This document shows positions 10,701 through 17,321 of a stretch of DNA of 24,169 nucleotides, in pieces. Positions within the stretch are counted from its first letter, which is position 1, and every line of letters begins with the position of its first letter. Both the position numbers and the translations under genes were made by a program. The DNA lies in contig JBFGLM010000064.1 in the NCBI GenBank assembly GCA_041576165.1, positions 1 to 24,169 of the forward strand. Direction: 5' to 3'. This DNA is from Acidimicrobiia bacterium. Its GTDB lineage: Bacteria; Actinomycetota; Acidimicrobiia; Spongiisociales; Spongiisociaceae. The notes beneath the pieces are model-generated. The model ran no database searches. It was not told the DNA's origin and saw nothing but the letters and a program-made list of their open reading frames with translations.

Positions 10701-11792
10701 CTGGCGAAACGCGTCCGACCCATACGCTCCGCAGAACGCGCGCCCTGTCGCCACCCCGATGCCGAACTCCTGACGGGTGTTGAGAAGCCGGCTCGCAATG
10801 GCGAGCGCCGCCCCGGTCGCCCGCACGGCATCGTCCTCATGCGCCCGCGGCGGCAGGCCGAACGTGCCGATCATGGTTGCGCCCTTGTCGTCTATGGACA
10901 CCTTGTCAAGGCACCCCTCAAACCGATCAAGTTCCTCCTGCCAGGCCGACACCGCACGGTTGAGCGCGCGGCCGTCGTCCTCGCGTTCGATGTTCAATTC
11001 CCGCAGGTTGACGAACACACTGGTGATGAGCCGCAACTCCGCCAACCAGTCGCCGGTCTCGACCCGATGCAAGACAGGTTCCGGCAGATAGGCCGCAGCG
11101 GAAGCTCCAACAGAGGGCCGGTCGGCGGGGACAGGAACCGGTGGCGGCGGATCGACCGCGTGGATCGTCACGTTCACTCCCCGCGGCTCGCCCCGAGCAT
11201 GCGCGGCCAGGAGCGCCCAGGCTTGCGGCGATGCGACTACCTCCCGAGGCTTGGCGGCGTTGATGGTTCCCGGAATCTGTGAGGTGGGATCGCCACCGAG
11301 CAAGAAAACCCAGCGGTCCAGGTGCCCACCCACCTCGAGAAACCGTCCGGCCCCGCAGGTGACACCCATGCGGACGTCAAGCCCATGGCGGATCATTGGC
11401 TCCAGCTGCGGAACGTTTTTGGCGAGCAACAGACCGCAACGGGCGGCCCGGATCGTCGCCTGGGCGAGCGCTTCCGGTTGCTCCGCACTCCACAGCGCGG
11501 TGATCGAGTCACCGGAGAACCCGAGCACCTCGCCGGCCCAATGATTGTGCACGTCGTCAATGATCGGCTGGAAGATCGCGTTGAGCAGGGCCATCAGCCT
11601 GTCGGCCGCGCGGGGACCTTCGGTCGCCAGTTCCTCACCGACGCGTGTGAATCCCGAGATGTCCAGGTACAGCAGGGCGGCCTGAACCGGCTCCGACGTC
11701 CATGACGTAGCGACACCTCTACGGGACAGCCGGGATCGGAGGGCTCCGTTCACGAAGCTATTGAGCAGATCGGGGTCCTGCACGCTTGACAC
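7749..11792 (-). CDS. Soluble adenylyl cyclase-like STAND protein: tandem class III nucleotidyl cyclase domains, P-loop NTPase and TPR-like C-terminus
   Basis: C1 LYLDISGFT and FSGDS; C2 DKVSIDDKG, FGLPPRAHEDD and QYTTIGSVMNRAAGLM; Walker A GEPGIGKT; Walker B LLIFDDTHWLD; GGNPL; FRHALIQEAVY; helical Ala/Leu-rich repeats. Start may instead be GTG 11783. Confidence 0.9.
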   Translation of the reverse strand: MSSVQDPDLLNSFVNGALRSRLSRRGVATSWTSEPVQAALLYLDISGFTRVGEELATEGPRAADRLMALLNAIFQPIIDDVHNHWAGEVLGFSGDSITALWSAEQPEALAQATIRAARCGLLLAKNVPQLEPMIRHGLDVRMGVTCGAGRFLEVGGHLDRWVFLLGGDPTSQIPGTINAAKPREVVASPQAWALLAAHARGEPRGVNVTIHAVDPPPPVPVPADRPSVGASAAAYLPEPVLHRVETGDWLAELRLITSVFVNLRELNIEREDDGRALNRAVSAWQEELDRFEGCLDKVSIDDKGATMIGTFGLPPRAHEDDAVRATGAALAIASRLLNTRQEFGIGVATGRAFCGAYGSDAFRQYTTIGSVMNRAAGLMQASHNEVLVDSDSVSAAQTRVKFSRRPDVVTKAGPHTTAWRPLWQTTAAEAVLDHETVATTIGRERELALLDQLIADVGRSGRSRLVTIIGEPGIGKTRLLREAITRGEDAGLRPLVGAGDPILRNSPYSGWRMIVRDLLDLGAAASQAERREAAHAFLATLGGMNEMSPALDPLLDLGLEDSPATVRLAATARKQAVSSAVLALLRRAAHKAPLLLIFDDTHWLDAASLSLLREAVAGVQPVLTVTASRDESPAPGITWTQVEPPVVWRPASLSDRQAAQLAARELGVDELPDEVADAIADKAGGNPLLTEQLAIAIRDSRTAAGEWPADIRLTNSVHGLVASRLDRLTPTAELTLKTASTLGRTFSPESVAVALGATAPGGGLGDTLAELVSAELFTARGDGTYSFRHALIQEAVYDMIPDALRRTIHATMFDALSDAGSRQHAMLAYHALRAGKLLEAIHHLELAGEDALDRGASREAISLFQQALEVADPAVEPHRRGYWHAQLGIALMDTGELERALTHHQTALRELRVRTPRRSAAVGIRVVWELCVQVLHYMTGRTARRTRVSPSKDTARLALAARICSLVGEVYYFSVDSLRFTLFNLLSINLAERAGRPAAAGLAYSSLSYGARLMRLRRAAETYNLAARTAEELKADSRGTGDEWRQSAALPPHDVAAANSRGSYQLCFGEWKEAMASFAEAEQNCRLRRDDYTMEIVRALRGQALMMSRHLGEACQEYRLLRVSAERRRNIEHTAWAVALGTPLLYETGDDQTATAWANEANSLVRTADQATVPILHAARAQALIRAGDSRSAMAAAVDSLNGIALSPIFPQLVAYTGALSVIYRLWDEEPSLITGRVKRAAFRAILKLRIFGIILPYARPRVAIMRGHARLVRDRRRKALRIVRRGIDRAQRWGERWDEASLWELQAKLTRDPTECDAAARHAARIYRELGATASATRIGATLSQA

Positions 11793-11800
11793 CCTCGCCC

Positions 11801-11817
11801 TAGCCTCAATGAGGCTA
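11801..11817. promoter_or_regulatory. Perfect palindrome TAGCCTCA-A-TGAGGCTA in the divergent spacer (operator and/or paired -10 boxes)
   Basis: 8-bp arms with a 1-nt spacer; TAGCCT (TANNNT) occurs on each strand; lies in the 55-bp gap between divergent start codons. Confidence 0.6.
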
Positions 11818-11847
11818 CCCGGTGCAAAGCGCGCAGGACGGGAGTGA

Positions 11848-12768
11848 ATGGAGACGGCCTACGCAGCCGAACGGGTCGGGCGCCGCCTGCTCGACCTGGC
11901 GGACAGGTTGGGCTCGGAGCTTGGTCCCAGCCTACGTTCCTTGCTGGCCAGGCTCGGGTTTGATGACGTTGCTGCGCTCCTGCATCCCCTCGGCCAGCCG
12001 ATCATCCAGATTCCACTCTGGACGGCGGAGGCGCTCGCTCCCCGGTGCCCGGTCGCCGACGATCAGCTGCTTGATCTGATCGAAGCCGCTGCGGCGGGGT
12101 ACCTTCACGTCCGGATCCAGGACGACCTCGTGGATGGGGACGCCGCAGGCGATCCGATCCGCGACATGTTCCTCAGCGACGCATTGCTGATCCGCCATCA
12201 GTCGCTGGTCGCCCAGGCGGTCGGTTCCCCAAGTCGCTTCTGGAACCGCTTTGAACAGCTGGCTTTCGACTACGGCCACGCCATGTTGTTCGAGCGGGGG
12301 CTCCATCGCGACGGGACGTACTCGCGGACCGAGTTCCGGCAGGTGATGAATCGCTCGATGCCCCTGGCCATCCCAGCTCTGGCGGTTCTCGAGTTAGGGA
12401 GTCGATGGGAGTTGGCGGAGGATGTGGTCAGGTTCGTGCGTCATGCCGTCACCGCAGGTCAGCTGATAGACGATCTACGTGATGCCGTTGCCGACTTTGA
12501 CGCCGGGCGCCGGACGTGGGTGACCGTCCAACTGGGAAGCGATCACGGACGCGATGCCGTGTTGGTTTCGCTTGGCCTGGGCGGGTTTGACCGTGTGATC
12601 CGGGAGGTGGAGCGTGAGGTCGAGCAAGCCCGCCTCGTGGCCCGGCGGTGCGGGCTCATGACAGCAACGCGCTGGCTGGAGATGCGTCTCGCCGGGGTGG
12701 GGATGATGAGGGATTCGTTCGCTGCGGCATTGGCGGCCGCACCAGCCCCTCGCAAATCAAGGGACTAG
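11848..12768 (+). CDS. Class I isoprenoid-biosynthesis-fold enzyme (polyprenyl synthase/prenyltransferase/terpene synthase-like)
   Basis: Predicted helical 306-aa protein with HVRIQDDLVDGD (first Asp-rich motif) and GQLIDDLRDAVADFDAGRRT (second); GGGAG RBS. It lacks the RRG that follows the first motif in chain-elongating synthases. Confidence 0.75.
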   Translation: METAYAAERVGRRLLDLADRLGSELGPSLRSLLARLGFDDVAALLHPLGQPIIQIPLWTAEALAPRCPVADDQLLDLIEAAAAGYLHVRIQDDLVDGDAAGDPIRDMFLSDALLIRHQSLVAQAVGSPSRFWNRFEQLAFDYGHAMLFERGLHRDGTYSRTEFRQVMNRSMPLAIPALAVLELGSRWELAEDVVRFVRHAVTAGQLIDDLRDAVADFDAGRRTWVTVQLGSDHGRDAVLVSLGLGGFDRVIREVEREVEQARLVARRCGLMTATRWLEMRLAGVGMMRDSFAAALAAAPAPRKSRD

Positions 12769-12789
12769 CTTCCGCCACGGAGGTGGGAG

Positions 12790-13131
12790 ATGACGCTACC
12801 CGGACCGGGCGAGGTCAACGAAGTTCCCGATACGGTGATCGGCCGTGCTGTGCGCGACCCCGGTTTTCGAACCCGAGTACTCGCCGCCGCCAACGAGGAG
12901 GCGATCAAAGCGATTGTGGAGGAAACACTGGGCATTGAGCTGGAGGATGCGGCTGCCCGACAGCTGAGCGCGTTGAACAAAGCTCGGGTGGAGGCGGCTC
13001 TTCAGGAGCTGCAGACGCAGGTCGGATCTCGAGTCGGCGGCCCGGTAGAGCCGTCGTGGCGTGGACGCGGCCGCCTTGACGTTGGTGGACGACCAGATGC
13101 CGGGTGCCGGATGGCTCGGGTCCGCCGGTGA
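12790..13131 (+). CDS. NHLP/Nif11-like small protein, candidate RiPP precursor 1
   Basis: Strong GGAGGTG RBS; VIGRAVRDPGFRTRVLAA resembles the NHLP-clan leader; clear paralog of 13225-13476. The tail after ...GSRVGG is uncertain. Confidence 0.7.
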   Translation: MTLPGPGEVNEVPDTVIGRAVRDPGFRTRVLAAANEEAIKAIVEETLGIELEDAAARQLSALNKARVEAALQELQTQVGSRVGGPVEPSWRGRGRLDVGGRPDAGCRMARVRR

Positions 13132-13224
13132 GCAGTGCGTGACGCAGTCGTTTGACGTCCAGTGAACTCCCGCTTCAGGGCAAGCAACGTGGACTAGCTT
13201 CTGTCATGACACGGGAGGTGTGCG

Positions 13225-13476
13225 ATGTCTCTACCAGGACACGGCGCCATCGACGAGGTACCCGACCAGGTCGTGGGCCGGGCCGTGCGCGACGCGGAAT
13301 TCCGGGATCAGCTTCTCGATGCGGCCACCGAGGCCGAAGTACAGGCTGCGGTGGCAGACGCGTTTCCGGGGATAGAACTGAGTTCTGATGCGGCCAACCA
13401 GATCTTGGCGCTCGACCGGAATCAGGTCGAGATCGCCCTGGCCGGTGTGCAGTACGGGAGGGCCTCTCTCGCGTAA
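13225..13476 (+). CDS. NHLP/Nif11-like small protein, candidate RiPP precursor 2
   Basis: GGAGGTG RBS; VVGRAVRDAEFRDQLLDA...GIELS...; aligns with precursor 1 along nearly its whole length; ends EIALAGVQYGRASLA. Confidence 0.75.
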   Translation: MSLPGHGAIDEVPDQVVGRAVRDAEFRDQLLDAATEAEVQAAVADAFPGIELSSDAANQILALDRNQVEIALAGVQYGRASLA

Positions 13477-14260
13477 TCACAGCCGACTTCGCCGCGCAGC
13501 CGACTTTTACGACGAATGGACCCCCGAATTCTTGGCTGAATGTGACGACGTCTTCCAGTCGGGCTTGCCGCTTCCCCGGGTGGCCCCCGAGACGGTCGGT
13601 GCGTCGATGAAGTTCATTGCTGCCGAGGCACAGATCGGGCCGGGCCACCATGTGCTCGATGCCGGCTGCGGAGTAGGTGGCCCGGCACGGATCATCGCCC
13701 GGTCGATCCCCGGCGTCATGGTCGACGGAGTCACGGTATCGGCAGTACAGGTTGCGGCAGGAAATGAGCTGAACGCCGAAGTCGGACTCGCCGACCGGGT
13801 ACGCCTGCATCTGGCGGACTATCACGCTCTCCCTTTTCGGGACGCCGCCTTCGACCGGGTACTCCTCCTGGAAGTCACCGGCTACAGCCCCGACCTGGAG
13901 GGCCTCTACCGTGAATTGAGCCGGGTGCTGGTCCCGGGAGGCTGGCTGTATGTAAAGGATGTGTTCAGCGCGGAGGGACCTCTCACCCCGAGCGAGGAGC
14001 GGGATCTCGAGGATTTCGACCGGATGTGGCACGTCGAGCGCTCCCCCACCATTACCGAGAGTGTGACCGCCATCCGCGCCGCGGGCCTGGCCAAAGTCGA
14101 ATCCGGCGAGTACGCCCGCGTTGGCATCGATCGCTTCCTCGGCGCAATGTTCCGCCTCTCAGGCGGATCAGTCGAATTGTCCACCCTCGGGCGCGGATTC
14201 TTGCGCACCTTCGAGTCGCTGCCGGTCGAGTTCGGCTGGATCCGGGCGCGCCGGCCGTGA
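13445..14260 (+). CDS. Class I SAM-dependent methyltransferase (tocopherol/sterol/GPP-methyltransferase-like), start uncertain
   Basis: N-terminal DFYDEW; motif I HVLDAGCGVGGPA; GVTVSAVQ; ADYHALPFRDAAFD; RVLVPGG. The nearest in-frame canonical start upstream of FYD is GTG 13445. Confidence 0.85.
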   Translation: MCSTGGPLSRNHSRLRRAADFYDEWTPEFLAECDDVFQSGLPLPRVAPETVGASMKFIAAEAQIGPGHHVLDAGCGVGGPARIIARSIPGVMVDGVTVSAVQVAAGNELNAEVGLADRVRLHLADYHALPFRDAAFDRVLLLEVTGYSPDLEGLYRELSRVLVPGGWLYVKDVFSAEGPLTPSEERDLEDFDRMWHVERSPTITESVTAIRAAGLAKVESGEYARVGIDRFLGAMFRLSGGSVELSTLGRGFLRTFESLPVEFGWIRARRP

Positions 14261-14348
14261 GTTGCCTGACGCACAATCTCCCATCCGCCACCCGAACCGA
14301 GGCTCAGGAGCCCCACGTACCATGGGTCCGCCGACAGTGGGAGGGTGA

Positions 14349-15125
14349 ATGGATTTGGCTATCAATGGACGACAGGCATTGCTGACCGCATCGTCCCGTG
14401 GCCTGGGGAAAGCCTGCGCGATGGCACTTGCCCATGAGGGCGTCAACGTCACGATCAACGGCCTCAACCCCGACCATCTGGACGCCACCGCCGCCGAGAT
14501 CCGGCAGCTGGGCGTCGAAGTCACGGCCGTGGTGGCCGACATCAACACCCATGAAGGTCGGGCGAGCCTGCTGGAGGCATGCCCGGATCCCGACATCCTG
14601 ATCAACAACAACTGGGGTCCTCCGCCCGGCCCATGGGAATCCTTTGAGTACGAAGACTGGCTGGGGGCGGTCGAGGCGAACATGCTCGCCCCGATCATGA
14701 TGATCAAGGGAGTGGTCGGTGGCATGCGGCGCCGCAAATTTGGCCGAATCGTGAACGTCACCTCCCAGATGGTCAAGTCGCCCTTTGCCGTCATGGGCCT
14801 TTCAGCCGGAGCGCGTGCGGGGCTGACCGCCGCCTGTAAGGCCCTGTCGCGGGAGGTTGCGAAGGACAACGTCACGATCAACAACCTGCTGCCCGAACGG
14901 ATCGACACGGAACGGCAGGTCTATATGGCCCAGCAACGTGCCGCATCATCCGGCAAGTCGTACGAGGAGGCAAGAGCCGAGATGGTCGAGAGCATCGCAG
15001 CCGGCCGGATGGGACGGCCCGAGGAATTTGGCGCAGCATGTGCGTATCTATGCAGCGCGCACAGCGGCTACGTCTCCGGCCAGAACCTGCAACTCGACGG
15101 GGGTTCGTATCGCGGCACGTTCTAG
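14349..15125 (+). CDS. SDR family oxidoreductase (3-oxoacyl-ACP reductase-like, atypical subgroup)
   Basis: MDLAINGRQALLTASSRGLG, DILINN and GRIVNVTS; LSAGAR replaces YxxxK; C-terminal GQNLQLDGG. Confidence 0.9.
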   Translation: MDLAINGRQALLTASSRGLGKACAMALAHEGVNVTINGLNPDHLDATAAEIRQLGVEVTAVVADINTHEGRASLLEACPDPDILINNNWGPPPGPWESFEYEDWLGAVEANMLAPIMMIKGVVGGMRRRKFGRIVNVTSQMVKSPFAVMGLSAGARAGLTAACKALSREVAKDNVTINNLLPERIDTERQVYMAQQRAASSGKSYEEARAEMVESIAAGRMGRPEEFGAACAYLCSAHSGYVSGQNLQLDGGSYRGTF

Positions 15126-15212
15126 GCCCACCGGTCCGGTCTCGTGAACAACGGCAGAAAGGCTCTGAGCTACCGCCACCTGCACCCAGAGGGCGAGCGA
15201 TAATCCCGGGAC

Positions 15213-16793
15213 ATGGAGATTGCGCTACTGGTTGTCGGGTTTGCGATGGGCTTTGTGGCGACCCTGGTCAAGCTACCGCCCCTCGTTGGTTATCTGTTGG
15301 CCGGATTCGTCCTGCACGCATTCGGATTCGAGACAAGTGGGGCGTTGGAAACGGTTTCCGATCTCGGAGTGCTGCTGCTCCTGTTCGGAATCGGCCTCAA
15401 GCTGCGACTCCGCACCCTCGGGCGGCCCCAAGTTTGGGCCACTGCGACTGCCTTTGCCATGATCGGCACCATCGTCGTCGTCGTGGCTCTGCTGGGTTTG
15501 GGCGCCCTTGATATACCGCTAGCTCGCGAGCTGGACCTCACGTCGGCGGGGATCGTGGGATTCGCGCTCTCGTTTTCCAGCACCGTTTTCGCAGTTAAGG
15601 CGCTCGAGCGCACCGATGAAGCGGCCTCTCTCGCCGGGCGGATCGCAGTTGGCGTGCTGGTCCTGCAGGACATCTTCGCGGTTGCATTCCTCGTGGCCGT
15701 TGGCGGAACCCGACCATCGTGGTGGGCGCTGGCGCTCATACCTCTCTTCGCGATCATTCGGCCTGTATTCGGGTGGATCCTCGAACACAGTGGGCATGGC
15801 GAGATTCTGGTCCTGCTCGGGTTCACCCTTGCAGTCGGTATCGGCGCGGAAGCCTTTGCCATCGTCGACCTGAAGCCCGATCTGGGGGCGTTGCTGGCCG
15901 GATTCGTGCTTTCGGGCCATCCCCGGGCGCCCGAGATGGCCGATCGGCTGCTGGCGTTCAAGGATCTGTTCCTGGTCGGGTTCTTTCTCTCGATCGGGCT
16001 GGCCGGGACGCCGCCGATCAATGGATGGATCATCGGGGTTGTCGCTGTGGTGCTGGTTCCAAGCCGGAGCTTCGTACTCATCTGGTTGCTCACTCGTTTC
16101 CGGTTGCGCTCCCGCACCGCCCTCCACGCCGCGTTGACCCTGTCTACCTACAGCGAGTTCGGCCTGATCGTCGCCGCCGCCGCACTGTCGGCCGGACTGC
16201 TCGATCAAGCCTGGGTTTCCACCCTGGCGGTCGCCGTCGCGGTGTCATTTGTGATGGCGTCCGCCGCCAACTCGGCAAGGTACCGGCTGTATGACAGGTG
16301 GTTCCCGACGCTGGCGCGACTGGAGCGCGAGCCGATCATCCCCGACGACTCCATCATCGACTGCGGCCCGGCGCGGGTATTGATTTTCGGCATGGGCAGG
16401 ATCGGGACCGGCGCCTATGACGAATTGGTCAAACGCAGGGGCGGGCTGGTTGTCGGCGTCGACCGCTGGCAACAAACCGTGGACGATCATCGGACCCAGG
16501 GACGCGCCGTCATCCGGGGCGACGCCCTGGACCGGGACTTCTGGGAACGGGTGCGCTTCCACCCTGACGTCGAACTCGTGATCGCCGCGATGAGCAGCCA
16601 TGCCGCCAACCTCGAGTGCGTGAACCGCATCCGGGAGTTCCTTCCGGACGCTCGGATCGCGGCGATCGCCACCTACCCGGACCAGGTCGCCGAGCTGCGG
16701 GCCGCCGGCGTCGACGTAGCCCGGAACCTCTACGAGGAGGCAGGGCAAGCGCTCGCCGACGACGCGGTAGCGGTTGTGTGGGAGCCAGATTGA
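15213..16793 (+). CDS. CPA2 cation:proton antiporter with C-terminal TrkA-N/KTN domain (KefB/KefC-like)
   Basis: LPPLVGYLLAG, LLFGIGL, LSFSST, LVLQD and SEFGLI motifs; KTN Rossmann motif IFGMGRIG. Confidence 0.9.
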   Translation: MEIALLVVGFAMGFVATLVKLPPLVGYLLAGFVLHAFGFETSGALETVSDLGVLLLLFGIGLKLRLRTLGRPQVWATATAFAMIGTIVVVVALLGLGALDIPLARELDLTSAGIVGFALSFSSTVFAVKALERTDEAASLAGRIAVGVLVLQDIFAVAFLVAVGGTRPSWWALALIPLFAIIRPVFGWILEHSGHGEILVLLGFTLAVGIGAEAFAIVDLKPDLGALLAGFVLSGHPRAPEMADRLLAFKDLFLVGFFLSIGLAGTPPINGWIIGVVAVVLVPSRSFVLIWLLTRFRLRSRTALHAALTLSTYSEFGLIVAAAALSAGLLDQAWVSTLAVAVAVSFVMASAANSARYRLYDRWFPTLARLEREPIIPDDSIIDCGPARVLIFGMGRIGTGAYDELVKRRGGLVVGVDRWQQTVDDHRTQGRAVIRGDALDRDFWERVRFHPDVELVIAAMSSHAANLECVNRIREFLPDARIAAIATYPDQVAELRAAGVDVARNLYEEAGQALADDAVAVVWEPD

Positions 16794-16921
16794 TCTGGGC
16801 TGATGGCGAGCCTCGAGCCTTGCGCGGTCCGGCGGCCGGATCTGATCTGGTTCCTGTAAGGCCATTGGGACGTCACCAGGACCGCTTCTCGCGCGTAGGG
16901 TGGACGCCGAGGTAGAACCGG

Positions 16922-17311
16922 ATGGCCACCCAGCACCCGATCGAAGTCATCCTGCTCAAGCAATGGGCCTCGTACATCGCGGTGCCGGTGTGGATTTGCG
17001 ACGAGGACGGCAACCTCAGCTACTACAACGAGCCGGCCGAAGACCTCCTGGGCCTTCGGTTTGACGAGGCCGGGCCCATCAATGTCGACGAGCTGGCTGA
17101 CCGGTACACAACGACCGACCTGAACGGCTCCCCGATGCCGACGGAGCAACTGCCGATCGTGGTGGCACTTCGCGATCGGGTCCCTGACCATCTGTCCGTC
17201 CGAATCAAGGACCACCGGGGACAATGGCGCGTGATTCAAGCCAGCGCCGCCCCGATTGAAGGGCAGGGTGGCCGCCACCTCGGTGCGTTCGCCATGTTCT
17301 GGGAGCCATGA
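16922..17311 (+). CDS. Stand-alone PAS domain protein
   Basis: PVWICDEDGNLSYYNEPAEDLLG and a C-terminal PAC-like IKDHRGQWRVIQASAAPI...G segment. Confidence 0.8.
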   Translation: MATQHPIEVILLKQWASYIAVPVWICDEDGNLSYYNEPAEDLLGLRFDEAGPINVDELADRYTTTDLNGSPMPTEQLPIVVALRDRVPDHLSVRIKDHRGQWRVIQASAAPIEGQGGRHLGAFAMFWEP

Positions 17312-17321
17312 GGAGCGGACG

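Noticed and set aside
12790-13476. Lanthipeptide, azole or radical-SAM RiPP precursors
   Set aside because: The putative cores are not Cys/Ser/Thr-rich, and no LanM, YcaO or radical SAM gene is in the window.
12790-14260. Split borosin system (LigA/NHLP-like precursor plus methyltransferase)
   Set aside because: Borosin methyltransferases have the tetrapyrrole-methylase fold; this enzyme has a class I Rossmann DAGCGxG motif.
11848-14260. Canonical 2-methylisoborneol cluster
   Set aside because: No clear NSE/DTE terpene-cyclase motif, no cyclic-nucleotide-binding/encapsulin gene, and the two leader-like ORFs would be unexplained.
14349-15125. SDR as part of the peptide/prenyl locus
   Set aside because: It is co-oriented but 88 nt downstream, has its own RBS and belongs to a common stand-alone subgroup. 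Nothing in the sequence ties it to the locus; synteny data would be needed.
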